This document shows, piece by piece, positions 1 through 10,060 of a stretch of 64,000 nucleotides of DNA. Position numbers and translations under genes: made by a program. Below the pieces are notes generated by a model. It saw nothing but the letters and a program-made list of their open reading frames with translations. It ran no database searches and was not told the DNA's origin. Numbering within the stretch: position 1 is the first letter of the stretch; every line of letters starts with the position of its first letter. The DNA lies in contig AP038806.1 of NCBI GenBank assembly GCA_047150005.1, positions 2,688,001-2,752,000 on the forward strand. Reading direction: 5' to 3'. The stretch comes from Nitrospira sp. (GTDB lineage Bacteria > Nitrospirota > Nitrospiria > Nitrospirales > Nitrospiraceae).

Positions 1-3000
1 CTGTCCGGGACACCGGTGACGGCAAAACTCTGGGTATCGAGTCCCGCAGCCTGGTGCAGGGCCTCCTCGACTTTTCCATGGGGCACCATCTCGCCGCCGA
101 TCTTGGAGAATCGAGACAACCGATCGGTAATGGTCAGGAACCCGTCGTCGTCCAAGAGCGCGAGATCGCCGGTGACGTACCAGCCGTCCCGCAGGGCTTC
201 GGCGGTGAGATCGTCGCGGCCGAGATAGCCTTTCATGACGTTCGGCCCCTTCACGAGCAGCATGCCGGCCGTGCCGTCCGGCGACGGGGCAAACGTCTCC
301 GGATCGACGATCCGCACGGAGACGCCGGGCAGCGGTTGGCCCACCGTGCCCCGTCGCGACCCCGGCTGATAATAGCCGGCCGCCCGGTAGTCCGGGCAAT
401 TGACGGCGATGACCGGCGCGCATTCCGTGACGCCGTACCCCTCGATTGGACCGATGCCGAACTTGTCTTCCACCGCCTGGGCCAGACGCGCCGGCAGCTT
501 CTCCGCGCCCGTCAGGATGACGCGCAGGGAGCTAAACTGTTCCGGCGTGCACCGCTTCAGATACAGCTGTAGGAAGGTCGGGGTAGTCACCAAGAACGTG
601 ATCCGATACCGGCGGATCAAGTCGCCGATCGCCGCGGCGTCGAGCGGGGAGGGATGAAACACGAGGCCGGCGTTGTTGAACATGACGAGCCAGAAGACCA
701 GATAGCCGAACGAGTGGAAGAAGGGCAGAATGCCGAGGATCCGCTCCTTCTCGTAGAGATGGAGTACCTGGCTGGCGGCTTGGGCGTTGGCGTCCACCGA
801 GAAGTGGGACAGCATGACGCCTTTCGGCTCACCCGTGCTCCCGCTGCTGAAGATGATCGTGGTCAGATCGTCCATCGACGGCGTTCTCTCGGCGCCGCAG
901 ATCCGTTCGATCATGCGGGCCGGCGCCGCCGTGGCCAGGACGGCGGCGGCGAGTTTTTGCGCGGTCCCGATCGTCTCCCGCACATCCTCCAACCAGATAA
1001 CGGACGGACCGTCCGGCAGGGTGAGCTTCGCTTTCTCGACGAACAACCTGCTGGTCACGATGGTGCGGATGCCGGCCATCCGCACCGCCGCCTCCAGGCC
1101 TGTCTTGCCGACCGTGTAGTTCAGATTCACGGTGGTCTTGCCGCACAACGGTGCCGCGACGTTTACCAGGCCTGCCGCCACGGTCGGTGGGAGCAGCACC
1201 CCGACTCGGTCCTGCCCCTTCCATTCGCGGCTCAGGCGTTTGGCCAGCACGATCGAACCGATGAGCGCTTGGAAGTAGGAGAGGTGTGGGCGTTGCTGGT
1301 CGGCCATCGCGAACCGGAACGGATAGCGTCGCGCGGCCTTGATGAACTGCCGGTGCAGCGGGAGACGGTCGCCTTTGCGCAGGTACCAAGCCTCTTCCCC
1401 AAGAGCGCGAATCGCCTGGCGGATGCCGCGGACGTCGGTATCGGCCGCTATCGGCCGGCCGAAAGACACGGTGACGGGATAGGGCAGTTGTTCCGGCCAC
1501 TTCCACAGAACCCGGCCGTCGTTGAAACTGAAGATGCTTCCCCAGACACGGTCCAGATGCACCGGAATGATGGGCGCTGTCCGACCCTTCATGATGCGCT
1601 CGAATCCGCGGCGGAACGGCAGCAGTGTGCCCGTTCGTGTGATCTGTCCCTCGGGAAACATGCAGACCAGCTCGCCCTGATCGATCGCGGCTCCCGCATC
1701 ACGCAGCGCGCGCAGCACGACTCGCAAGCCGCCTTCGGACGAGATGGGGATCACGCCGAGGCGTTTCATGAAGGGCTTGAGGAGCGCGTGGTCCGCATAG
1801 CGCTGGTCGACGAGGAAACGCACGGGGCGGTCGAGGCTTGCGATCAGCAGGAAGCCGTCGATGAACGAGACGTGGTTGGGAACCAGCAAGGCGCCTCCCG
1901 TTGCCGGGATCTGCTCATGTCCGCGGATCCGGAGCCGATAGAGGGTGTTCGTCGCGATCACCAGGATGACGCGCAGCAGTGCCTCGGGCAGCAGCCGGAG
2001 CGCCCATCCGGTTCCGGCGACGGTCAAGGCGGCCGTGGCGAGGAAGATTCCGGTCGTGGACACACCGCCGGCGGCCAGCGCTCCGGCGCCGAGCGATCCC
2101 AAGAGGATGCCGGTAAAGACGCAGGTATTTTCAAACGCGATGACCGATCCTCGGCGATCCGCCGGGGCCCGCCACTGGATCAAGGCGTTCAGCGGTACGA
2201 AGATCAGCGCGCTGGACATGCCCAAGGGCACCATCATGGCGAGCGTGGCCCCGAGGCCCGGCGCGAACAGGCCGAGCGCGGACAATATGACCGCGACGCC
2301 GAGCGCGCCCAGCGGGATCAATCCGTACTCCACGCGGCCCTGCGAGAGCCGGCCGGCCAATCGCGCCCCGATTCCGATCCCGATCGAGAGCAGCATCAGG
2401 GGCAATCCGGATTGCCAATCGGAGACGCCCAGCACCGCCTTGGCGTAAACGAGGATGTCCTGGGCAAACAGGCTGGCGATGGTCCAGAAGAACACGGCCC
2501 CCATGACTGCCAAGCGGAGCATGCGGTCCCTGGAAAGCGCGGACCAAGCGCCGCGCAATGTATTCGCCAGACCTCCCTCCGCTCGCGCCGGAGGGACGCG
2601 GGGAATCGTCCAGGCTGCGGTGAAGCCGACGAGCGACAGCCCCCATAAGGTCAGTGGGGCGACCCAGATGGCCTCGCCGGTCAGCGACATCAAGATTCCC
2701 GGGGCCGCGGTGCCGGTGAGGATTGCGAAGAACGTCCACATCTCCAATCGCCCGTTGCCGGCTGCCAGCCGCTCGTGCGGCACCAGCTCGGCAAGGATGC
2801 CGTACTTGGCCGGGCTGAAGAGGGCGCTGTGCACCCCCATCCCTCCGAGCACGATCAGCGGCAGGATCCCACCGGCCGGATTGAGCCAGAGGGCCAGCGT
2901 GGCGATCGCCATCAAAAGGATTTCCACCCCTTTCATGACGATGATGACGGTGCGTTTGCTGACCCGGTCGGCCAGGAGTCCGGCGACAAGCGAGACAAGG

Positions 3001-3203
3001 GCGAGGGGAAGGGTGAAGACGACGAACGCGAGCGTCGTTTGCGCCTGAGAAGCCGCCTCAAGCTCAGGACCCGGTGCAATAACCGCCGAGAGCTGGCGGA
3101 TGCTCAGCAGGGCGACCATCAGCTTCCAGGCGTTGTCGTTGAATGCCCCGCAGAATTGGGCGATCAGGAGTCCGCGGAGGGAGTGGTGAGAGGTCGGCGT
3201 CAT
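1..3203 (-). CDS. aas: Aas-like fusion: MFS lysophospholipid transporter + acyltransferase + acyl-ACP synthetase (3' end runs off the window)
   Basis: Minus-strand frame absent from the ORF track because it has no stop in the window. Reads MTPTSHHSLRGLLIAQFCGAFNDNAWKL... (LplT-like MFS), then PNHVSFIDG and FPEGQITRTG (PlsC-like), IFSSGSTGEPKG (AMP-binding P-loop) and EGYGVTEC. Confidence 0.9.
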   Translation of the reverse strand, partial: MTPTSHHSLRGLLIAQFCGAFNDNAWKLMVALLSIRQLSAVIAPGPELEAASQAQTTLAFVVFTLPLALVSLVAGLLADRVSKRTVIIVMKGVEILLMAIATLALWLNPAGGILPLIVLGGMGVHSALFSPAKYGILAELVPHERLAAGNGRLEMWTFFAILTGTAAPGILMSLTGEAIWVAPLTLWGLSLVGFTAAWTIPRVPPARAEGGLANTLRGAWSALSRDRMLRLAVMGAVFFWTIASLFAQDILVYAKAVLGVSDWQSGLPLMLLSIGIGIGARLAGRLSQGRVEYGLIPLGALGVAVILSALGLFAPGLGATLAMMVPLGMSSALIFVPLNALIQWRAPADRRGSVIAFENTCVFTGILLGSLGAGALAAGGVSTTGIFLATAALTVAGTGWALRLLPEALLRVILVIATNTLYRLRIRGHEQIPATGGALLVPNHVSFIDGFLLIASLDRPVRFLVDQRYADHALLKPFMKRLGVIPISSEGGLRVVLRALRDAGAAIDQGELVCMFPEGQITRTGTLLPFRRGFERIMKGRTAPIIPVHLDRVWGSIFSFNDGRVLWKWPEQLPYPVTVSFGRPIAADTDVRGIRQAIRALGEEAWYLRKGDRLPLHRQFIKAARRYPFRFAMADQQRPHLSYFQALIGSIVLAKRLSREWKGQDRVGVLLPPTVAAGLVNVAAPLCGKTTVNLNYTVGKTGLEAAVRMAGIRTIVTSRLFVEKAKLTLPDGPSVIWLEDVRETIGTAQKLAAAVLATAAPARMIERICGAERTPSMDDLTTIIFSSGSTGEPKGVMLSHFSVDANAQAASQVLHLYEKERILGILPFFHSFGYLVFWLVMFNNAGLVFHPSPLDAAAIGDLIRRYRITFLVTTPTFLQLYLKRCTPEQFSSLRVILTGAEKLPARLAQAVEDKFGIGPIEGYGVTECAPVIAVNCPDYRAAGYYQPGSRRGTVGQPLPGVSVRIVDPETFAPSPDGTAGMLLVKGPNVMKGYLGRDDLTAEALRDGWYVTGDLALLDDDGFLTITDRLSRFSKIGGEMVPHGKVEEALHQAAGLDTQSFAVTGVPD

Positions 3204-3423
3204 CGATCAGATCAAAGTAATCCGCATACGGTCGGACAAATATGGAGGAAGCAGAGCAAAACGTCAAAGGAAACCGAGGGAGGGAGTGCCGGCGAAGAGA
3301 CCGTTACGTATGCGCGGATTCGTGGTGTGGGGAAAACGAAGAACTGCGCTCTGCCAGGAATCGAGACGTGATGAAAGGTGGTTGGTAGGTAGCAGCAAAA
3401 CCTAAATCACCGTCTGATAATCT

Positions 3424-5250
3424 TCAACCTTCTTCGCTTCCGGTTTTCGGCACAGGCAATCCTTCCAACTCCATAATCTTCAGCGCGTTGGTCGTCGGGC
3501 AGGGACCGGGGCGAAGCTTGTAATCGAACGACAGCGCGCCGCCGGTCACCGTCTCCTGAAAATGGGCGTTGATCAGAGACGGAATGTCCTTCTCGAGGTC
3601 CGTCAGTTCCAGATCGTGCGTGCTCACGAGCCCAAAGCCGTTTCCCGTCGACAACGCCGTGATATAAGCCCGGCTGCCGATCAAGCGTTCCCGGTTGTTC
3701 GTGCCCTTGAAGATTTCGTCGATGAGAAACAGCACGGGCGGCGCGGTGCGGTTGCCGATCGCGTCGAGAATGGTCTTGAGGCGTTTGACTTCGGCATAGA
3801 AAAAGGAGAGGCCCGCATCGAGGGAATCGTCGACGCGGATACAGCAGGCGAGCCGGCACGGCGACCAGTCGAGCCGCGTCGCGCAGACCGGCGCCCCTGC
3901 CTGGGCGAGGCAGAGATTGATGCCGATCGTCCGCAAGAACGTGCTCTTGCCCGACATGTTGGAACCGGTGATCAGATGGATGGAGCCGAGGCCGGCCAAC
4001 TGGAGATCGTTGGCGACGCGATTCCCGGCTGAGATGAGCGGATGGGCCAGGGCGGAGGCACGGACGGCCGTATCGGTCGTTCGTGACGGCCAGACGTAGG
4101 TCGGGTGCAGGAAGGCAAAGGTTGCCAATGCCGATGCGGCTTCCACTTCGGCCAGCCGATCGAGCCAGACGGGAAGCTGCTGCGAGATGTCTTTCTGTAC
4201 GGTGCGCAGTTGCCTGGTGAACCACAGATCCCACGGGCAGAGTGCGTTCACGGCCAGGTGAATCAGGGGGTGTGCCTTGACACTGATGCCGTGGAGTGCC
4301 TTGGCGGCGCGTTTCACCGAGGCCGAGGGACCGCGCCGGTCGTGCAGGAGCGGTGCGCAGGCCTCTCCCAGCGCCGACCGGCGGCCACGCGCGCGACGTT
4401 CCAGATAGCCGAGCACGACTCCCAAACGTTCCATTTCGCCGTGCAGGCCGACCGCATGTTCCAGCAGTTCTTCTCCCTGGTCCGTCATCAGGTAGATGAC
4501 GGCGTAGGCGCCGAAGGTGAACATCCAATAGCCGGGAAGCCAACCGAGCAATGTGCCCAAGCCCAGCAGCACGGTGGAGGCAGCCAGCACGCTCTGGATG
4601 GCGAGAATCAGAGACAGCCGAGGAAATCCGATCGGGTGGGTGAGTACAGCGGCGAGGCGGCGGCCGTTGATTTCCTGCTCACCGGTGAGGCGCGAGGCGA
4701 GCACGAGGCGGTCTCGAAAGAGCGAGTGAGGGGTCAATTCGTGAATCAGGCGCCGGCGGGTGTCCCATTCCTCGTCGGACGGAGGCTGCGTCAGCAGCCA
4801 GGAGGTCAGACGATCGCGGCCGTGGTCTGAGACGGTGGTGTCGAGCAGGTGCAACAACGAACGTGGGCCGACCAGATCGAGATCGTTCGCATAGGCGTGC
4901 GATTCCGGACGGGTCCCGGGCGGCGGCGGGATGGCGACCCAATCCAAGCGGATCCGAGCCAGGTGAACCGACTTGAGCGCATGCCACAGGCGCAACCTGT
5001 GAATCCGGTGTTCAAGCCTGCTATGATAAGACGCGATCAGCGCAAAGAGTACGACGAATCCCCCCAACGCCAGGTTGCCGGTCCGGTACCATTCGGTTTT
5101 GTAGAGCGCGACCGTGCAGATCAGGCCGGTAAGGAAGATCGCCAACCGCCACGTCGTATACGCTGAACTGGTTTTCGTGCCGCGGGCAATCAAGCGTTCG
5201 ACCGAGCCGAGAAGCCGCTGCAATTGGACTGCGCGCGAGAATGCCGCCAT
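3424..5250 (-). CDS. MutS-family ATPase (domain V only) with N-terminal membrane helices
   Basis: ITGSNMSGKSTFLR Walker A, FLIDEIFKGTN Walker B, STHDLEL; hydrophobic segments in the N-terminal half. Start chosen at ATG 5250. Confidence 0.85.
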   Translation of the reverse strand: MAAFSRAVQLQRLLGSVERLIARGTKTSSAYTTWRLAIFLTGLICTVALYKTEWYRTGNLALGGFVVLFALIASYHSRLEHRIHRLRLWHALKSVHLARIRLDWVAIPPPPGTRPESHAYANDLDLVGPRSLLHLLDTTVSDHGRDRLTSWLLTQPPSDEEWDTRRRLIHELTPHSLFRDRLVLASRLTGEQEINGRRLAAVLTHPIGFPRLSLILAIQSVLAASTVLLGLGTLLGWLPGYWMFTFGAYAVIYLMTDQGEELLEHAVGLHGEMERLGVVLGYLERRARGRRSALGEACAPLLHDRRGPSASVKRAAKALHGISVKAHPLIHLAVNALCPWDLWFTRQLRTVQKDISQQLPVWLDRLAEVEAASALATFAFLHPTYVWPSRTTDTAVRASALAHPLISAGNRVANDLQLAGLGSIHLITGSNMSGKSTFLRTIGINLCLAQAGAPVCATRLDWSPCRLACCIRVDDSLDAGLSFFYAEVKRLKTILDAIGNRTAPPVLFLIDEIFKGTNNRERLIGSRAYITALSTGNGFGLVSTHDLELTDLEKDIPSLINAHFQETVTGGALSFDYKLRPGPCPTTNALKIMELEGLPVPKTGSEEG

Positions 5251-5279
5251 ACGTGATGGGACCTTACTGGAAGCCCGAC

Positions 5280-6152
5280 ATGCCGTCAACGCCTTGCGAC
5301 TGGGTCGACGTGCGCATCCTCTCCTGTCCCGACGCAGGCGAACTCCTGGGGGTGCTCGACGATCCGGACGTCGGAGGTGTCTGGGAAGACGGCGAGGCGG
5401 TGCATCTCTACTGGCCGAGTCTCCGCTGGTCCTCCGACCGGTTGGATCGGGTGCGGCTTGCGCTGCGGCGGCTGCGAGGCGAAGGACAACCGCTGCCGGA
5501 GATTCGGATCGACTCGCTGTCTCATCAAGACTGGAACCGTCAATGGGCCGAATCCGTCAAACCGTTGAGGATCGGACGGCGCATCGTCATCCGTCCGAGC
5601 TGGGAAGCGGTGGACGTGCGAGCCGATCAAATCGACATCGTGCTTGATCCCAAGCAGGCGTTCGGCACCGGCCATCATGCGACGACCAGGATGTTGCTGG
5701 AATGGCTCGAGACGCTGGCGCTGAACGGAGCGACCGTGCTCGACGTCGGGACCGGCAGCGGAATTCTGGCCATGGTGGCGCTGCGGCTGGGCGCCGTCCG
5801 AGCAGTCGGGCTCGATCACGATCCGATCGCCGTCGAATGCGCGCAGGGCTATGCACGCGAGAACCGGTTCGGTGAAGAGCTCACGCTCAGTTGCGGAACC
5901 CTGGCGCGGGGAGAGCGGTTCGACCTGGTCCTCGCGAATCTGGACGGCGCGACCTTGACGGGCTTGTCGGAGGAACTGGCGGCGGCGACCGGACGGAGGC
6001 TGCTCGTCTCGGGCCTGCTGCTTGATCAACGCCGTGAGACCGCCGAGGTGTTCGCGCGTGCCGGGCTCTACGATGGCGAGGCGCGCGAGCTCGACGGCTG
6101 GACGGCGATGGAATTCCTTCGCGCAGATGCCTGCGACGGGTCGGAGTCATGA
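5280..6152 (+). CDS. prmA: Ribosomal protein L11 methyltransferase
   Basis: DWNRQW, DPKQAFGTGHHATT, VLDVGTGSGILA and FDLVLAN motifs. Confidence 0.88.
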   Translation: MPSTPCDWVDVRILSCPDAGELLGVLDDPDVGGVWEDGEAVHLYWPSLRWSSDRLDRVRLALRRLRGEGQPLPEIRIDSLSHQDWNRQWAESVKPLRIGRRIVIRPSWEAVDVRADQIDIVLDPKQAFGTGHHATTRMLLEWLETLALNGATVLDVGTGSGILAMVALRLGAVRAVGLDHDPIAVECAQGYARENRFGEELTLSCGTLARGERFDLVLANLDGATLTGLSEELAAATGRRLLVSGLLLDQRRETAEVFARAGLYDGEARELDGWTAMEFLRADACDGSES

Positions 6153-6637
6153 CCGGATCGAGCCGACCGTCCTATCCGCACGTGCATCAGATCAATGTGT
6201 CGGACGGAGGGATTCCCAAGTATCCTCTGCTCGAGGCGGTCGTGGGAAAAGAAGGCCTCGCGGGCGATGCCCAACGCAATCGAAAGCTTCATGGAGGACC
6301 TGAGCGGGCCGTCTGTCTGTATTCGCTCGATCTGATCGAGCGGTTGCAGGATGAAGGTCATCCCATCGATCCGGGGTCATCGGGCGAGAATCTGACGTTG
6401 GCCGGAGTTGAATGGTCGGACCTGGTGCCGGGAGTCAGGCTCAGTGTCGGACCGGAGGTGGAATTGGAAATCGCCAGCTATTGCGCGCCGTGCGACCTGA
6501 ATGCCCGGTGGTTTCGCGATCGAGACATCAGCCGGATTCATCAGGATAACAACCCTGGGTGGAGCCGTCTCTATGCCCGCGTTCTGAAAGGCGGCATCGT
6601 CAAGCCGGGCGACGCAGTCGAAGTAAAGCAGTTTTGA
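6149..6637 (+). CDS. MOSC domain protein
   Basis: HGGPERAVCLY, GENLTLAG, CAPC and RVLKGGIVKPGD motifs. Confidence 0.85.
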   Translation: MTGSSRPSYPHVHQINVSDGGIPKYPLLEAVVGKEGLAGDAQRNRKLHGGPERAVCLYSLDLIERLQDEGHPIDPGSSGENLTLAGVEWSDLVPGVRLSVGPEVELEIASYCAPCDLNARWFRDRDISRIHQDNNPGWSRLYARVLKGGIVKPGDAVEVKQF

Positions 6638-6712
6638 ATTGTTGGTGTTGAATATTTGGCTGCAAGGCATCACTCACAACGTAACATTGACAACGACAAA
6701 CTTGGTCGTTTG

Positions 6713-7372
6713 ATGGATCGTATCCTGGAACCAGAGCTGATGGAGGACGAAACTCAGGTCCAGGCCTACGCCAATGCGGATTTCGCCGAAGAGAATCAGG
6801 GATTCGTCGATCGGTTCCGGGAATACTTTCCCGATTTCTCGGCGGGTCATATCCTCGACCTCGGATGCGGTCCAGGCGACATTCCAATCAGGCTGGCGAA
6901 AGCCTTCACGGGCTGCCGCGTCACCGGTGTCGATGCATCGGCGCCGATGATCCGGCTGGCGGAGCGTGCAGTGCAATCAGAGGGATTGCAGGATCGGATC
7001 GCCTTCCGATGCGAGCGGTTCGAGCGCATGCCCGGGGCCAACATCGTCGATGCGGCGGTCTCCAACAGCCTGCTCCATCATCTGCCCAACCCGCTTCAGT
7101 TCTGGAACAAGCTGCGGCAACTCGTGAAGCCCGGCTCCCCCGTGCTCATCATGGATCTCCTCAGGCCGGATTCTTCGGAAGAGGCGCGAGCCATCGTGGA
7201 TCGCTATGCGGCCGGTGAACCGGACATCTTGCGGAGGGACTTCTACAATTCGCTGCTCGCCGCCTTCACCGAAGATGAAATCACGTCGCAGCTGGCCCGC
7301 ATGAACTTGACTCGTCTGTTGATCGACGTCGTCGATGATCGTCATTGGGTGGTCGGGGGCCTCGTCCATTGA
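6713..7372 (+). CDS. Class I SAM-dependent methyltransferase
   Basis: ILDLGCGPGD, GVDASAPM, SNSLLHHL. Confidence 0.85.
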   Translation: MDRILEPELMEDETQVQAYANADFAEENQGFVDRFREYFPDFSAGHILDLGCGPGDIPIRLAKAFTGCRVTGVDASAPMIRLAERAVQSEGLQDRIAFRCERFERMPGANIVDAAVSNSLLHHLPNPLQFWNKLRQLVKPGSPVLIMDLLRPDSSEEARAIVDRYAAGEPDILRRDFYNSLLAAFTEDEITSQLARMNLTRLLIDVVDDRHWVVGGLVH

Positions 7373-7377
7373 TTGGG

Positions 7378-8178
7378 ATGGTGAAAACCGTTGTCGTGTT
7401 GACCATCCTGTTGTTAATGCCCACCGCTCCCAGCCATGCTCAACTCGACCGATTGCGGAAGTCTAAGAATCCTGAGGCGGTGGCTGTACCTGATACACCT
7501 ATGGTGGTGATTCCTGAGGGGAGTTTCACGATGGGTGTCGACGGCACGCAGGCGCTTGAAGACGAACGGCCTGCCCACAAGCCCTGGCTTGCAACCTTCT
7601 CCATCGATCTCCACGAAGTGACCACCGCCCAGTATGCGGGGTTCCTTTCTGCAACCGCCCGCTCGGTGCCTTGGCAGTGGGAGACGGTTGATCTCACTCG
7701 TCACGGAGATCGCCCTGTGATCGGCGTGGATTGGACCGATGCGGATGCGTATTGCGGGTGGAAGGGAAAACGGCTGCCGACCGAGGCGGAATGGGAAAAG
7801 GCGGCGCGTGGGACAGACGGCCGCCTCTATCCGTGGGGTAACCAAGCTCCAACGCAGGATCTGGCCAATTTCGCCCTCGGGGCTCGATTTAGTTACAGCC
7901 AGGTGCTTATGCCGGTCCATTCGTACGAGAACGGCAAGAGTCCGTTCGGCCTCTTGCAGATGGCCGGCAACGTCTATGAGTGGGTACAGGACTGGTACGG
8001 GGCGAACTACTATGAAGTGTCGCCCGATCACAACCCGGCAGGTCCGGAGCAGGGCCAATTCAAGGTGTTGCGTGGCGGTTCCTGGTCTGATCTCCCGAAG
8101 TATCTCCTCACGTACGGTCGGTTCAAGCTTCCTCCGGAGACGAGAAACAGCTACACAGGCTTCCGCTGCGCCAAGTAA
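7378..8178 (+). CDS. Exported FGE-sulfatase (SUMF1/EgtB/PvdO family) domain protein
   Basis: Signal peptide; RLPTEAEWEKAARG, YPWGN, MAGNVYEW, RGGSW...GFRCA. Confidence 0.88.
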   Translation: MVKTVVVLTILLLMPTAPSHAQLDRLRKSKNPEAVAVPDTPMVVIPEGSFTMGVDGTQALEDERPAHKPWLATFSIDLHEVTTAQYAGFLSATARSVPWQWETVDLTRHGDRPVIGVDWTDADAYCGWKGKRLPTEAEWEKAARGTDGRLYPWGNQAPTQDLANFALGARFSYSQVLMPVHSYENGKSPFGLLQMAGNVYEWVQDWYGANYYEVSPDHNPAGPEQGQFKVLRGGSWSDLPKYLLTYGRFKLPPETRNSYTGFRCAK

Positions 8179-8217
8179 GGGGACTGGCGCCCTTCTTCAT
8201 GGCGCCTGTCCCCTTTC
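8177..8217 (+). terminator. Hairpin directly after the FGE gene, possible intrinsic terminator
   Basis: AAGGGGAC...GGCGCC / GGCGCC...GTCCCCTT inverted repeat between convergent genes; short T run only. Confidence 0.45.
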
Positions 8218-8321
8218 CATTCCGCCCTTATCTCAAAGGAGACAGACACCGCGCAGACCGGGGAAAGGCGTCGTTCTCTCTCGCCGCGGACACCACAGGC
8301 AGGCATGGGAAAGAGCGTCGT

Positions 8322-9374
8322 TCAGTAGATGCTCTTATGAACTTCGGCGGAGAGCGCACTCGTATTCCCCGCCTTGTCGTAGGCGGACAGGGCGAAGTAG
8401 TAGGTCTGTCCTACCGGTAGGTCAACGATCTTGTAGGTCGTGATCCGACCGATCGTAAAGGGAGAACCGGGATAGCCATAGGTTCCGGACGCGGTACCGA
8501 CGTAGAATTTATAGCCCGCCAGGTCATTCTCCGTACCGAGATTCCAGGACAGTATAGCGTTTCCAGTTTTCTGAACAGGGGTCGGTGTGCCGGATGGCTG
8601 GCGTGAAGAGGGGTTGCCGGCCTGAGTGTTTGGAGCCGAGCTGCCGGAGGAAGAGGTCGGTTGAGGAGTGGAAGATGTGCTCGGTGTCGTCTGGGGCATC
8701 GGCTTGGGATGCGTCGGAGGGTTGCTCGCCGGGGTGACCGCGGGGGGCAGCGGAGCCTGAATCAGATTCATGAGGCCCGGGATGTTGATCAAATTCATCA
8801 CGGCGCGCGAGCCGCTATACCGGCTGCTCGCGCCGGTCCCGCTTGCCGCGATCGGTTGAGTCGGAAGTGCACTGACTACAGGTTGGTGGCCAGCCGTGGC
8901 CGGAGCTACGGCGGCAATAGGAGTTCCCAGGGAGGTATGGGAAAGGAGAAGGGCCGTGGCGGGCTTCTGGCCTGGTCCAGCCGGGGCTGGGACGGACCGC
9001 GTAGCCTCGATTGAGCCGGCTGGAGGCTGGGTCTGCCGGGTCGAGGGGGGGATCGGGGCCTGGACCGAGGCGATCCCCGACATCCGCTCGACATCAGGAT
9101 GCTTAGCCAGTCTGCGAGGCGAGGAAGCTGGCGTTGAGGACGTGGTCGGTGAGACACCGGCCTGGATACCGGTCTGCGCTTCCAGGGACAGACCAGATGC
9201 GATGACACGCATGTGTTCGGCCGCCGGCCTGAGAATCAAGCTGTGGCGCTTTCCGTCCACCTGATCCGCGCCGAATGCCTGCACCGTCATCGAAAAGACT
9301 GCCAGACAAGCGGCAAGACGACTCGGGAACGGTGTTCTGATCGATGGTATTTTTCGGATTCCAACGATGATCAT
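8322..9374 (-). CDS. Exported Pro/Ser/Thr-rich protein with C-terminal fibronectin type III domain
   Basis: C-terminal ILSWN..ENDLAGYKFYVGTASG..TYYFALSAYDKAGNTSALS (FN3) after a low-complexity linker. Start uncertain. Confidence 0.7.
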   Translation of the reverse strand: MIIVGIRKIPSIRTPFPSRLAACLAVFSMTVQAFGADQVDGKRHSLILRPAAEHMRVIASGLSLEAQTGIQAGVSPTTSSTPASSPRRLAKHPDVERMSGIASVQAPIPPSTRQTQPPAGSIEATRSVPAPAGPGQKPATALLLSHTSLGTPIAAVAPATAGHQPVVSALPTQPIAASGTGASSRYSGSRAVMNLINIPGLMNLIQAPLPPAVTPASNPPTHPKPMPQTTPSTSSTPQPTSSSGSSAPNTQAGNPSSRQPSGTPTPVQKTGNAILSWNLGTENDLAGYKFYVGTASGTYGYPGSPFTIGRITTYKIVDLPVGQTYYFALSAYDKAGNTSALSAEVHKSIY

Positions 9375-9601
9375 GCGCGGGGCTGTCCAGAGGTGGCTCC
9401 AGCCGCGCATCGCAATCAGCGTGCCGAATCTCGGTCTCACGAGTGGCGGAGGGGCACGGCATCGTTCTGACACGGAAGTCTGCAATTTGATGCGATAATT
9501 CCCATCCGATTGCACATGAGGACTCGATTTCCGCTTCCGCGGAGATTTTTGCCCTGGAGGAAAAGCCCTGCGCGAGGTACCAATGCGAACGGATCGGTTG
9601 A

Positions 9602-10051
9602 TTATTCCAGTAGGAGAGCGATCAGGAGCAGGAGGGTCAAAAGACAGAGCACGGAGAGATAGAACCTTCTGCTGCGGTCGCCGAGCCACGCGGTTCTCCA
9701 GCTATCCGGATACAGGGTCTGATTTTCGACGATCAGGCCCTCTTCGTAGAAACCCAACGCCTGTTCGATCTGGATCAGGACCTGTTTGGCCAACCGATGC
9801 CGGTACTGCTGCTGCAGGATCAACGCGCAGAATAGACCGCACCAGGTCACGCCGACGACCCCCAACAGGAAGGTTTCCTGCGAGGACAGTCGGTGCTTTT
9901 GGGGGCTGAGGAGGAGAGCGAACAGCATCGCGATCAGCCCGAACGAGCCCAGCGCCGTGAGGCGCATCATCTGCTCTCGGCGTTTATACACCTCCTCTTT
10001 GTACAGGGGATAGATGACGGTCAAAACTTGGTGCACGCCTTCCGTCAGCAT
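9602..10051 (-). CDS. Hypothetical membrane protein (3 TM)
   Basis: ORF with three hydrophobic segments; operon-like spacing to the upstream hydrolase. Confidence 0.7.
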   Translation of the reverse strand: MLTEGVHQVLTVIYPLYKEEVYKRREQMMRLTALGSFGLIAMLFALLLSPQKHRLSSQETFLLGVVGVTWCGLFCALILQQQYRHRLAKQVLIQIEQALGFYEEGLIVENQTLYPDSWRTAWLGDRSRRFYLSVLCLLTLLLLIALLLE

Positions 10052-10060
10052 CGGACTTCC

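Noticed and set aside
654..2648. Long + strand ORF (664 aa) and similar long ORFs at 19366-20745, 27243-29456, 39242-41404 and 47368-48852
   Set aside because: Antisense shadows of well-supported genes in high-GC DNA; no recognisable motifs.
8071..8178. Second FGE gene C-terminus as a DGR variable region
   Set aside because: No pyrimidine-rich periodic tract after the stop, ordinary mixed codon endings, and it sits in a housekeeping-like operon.
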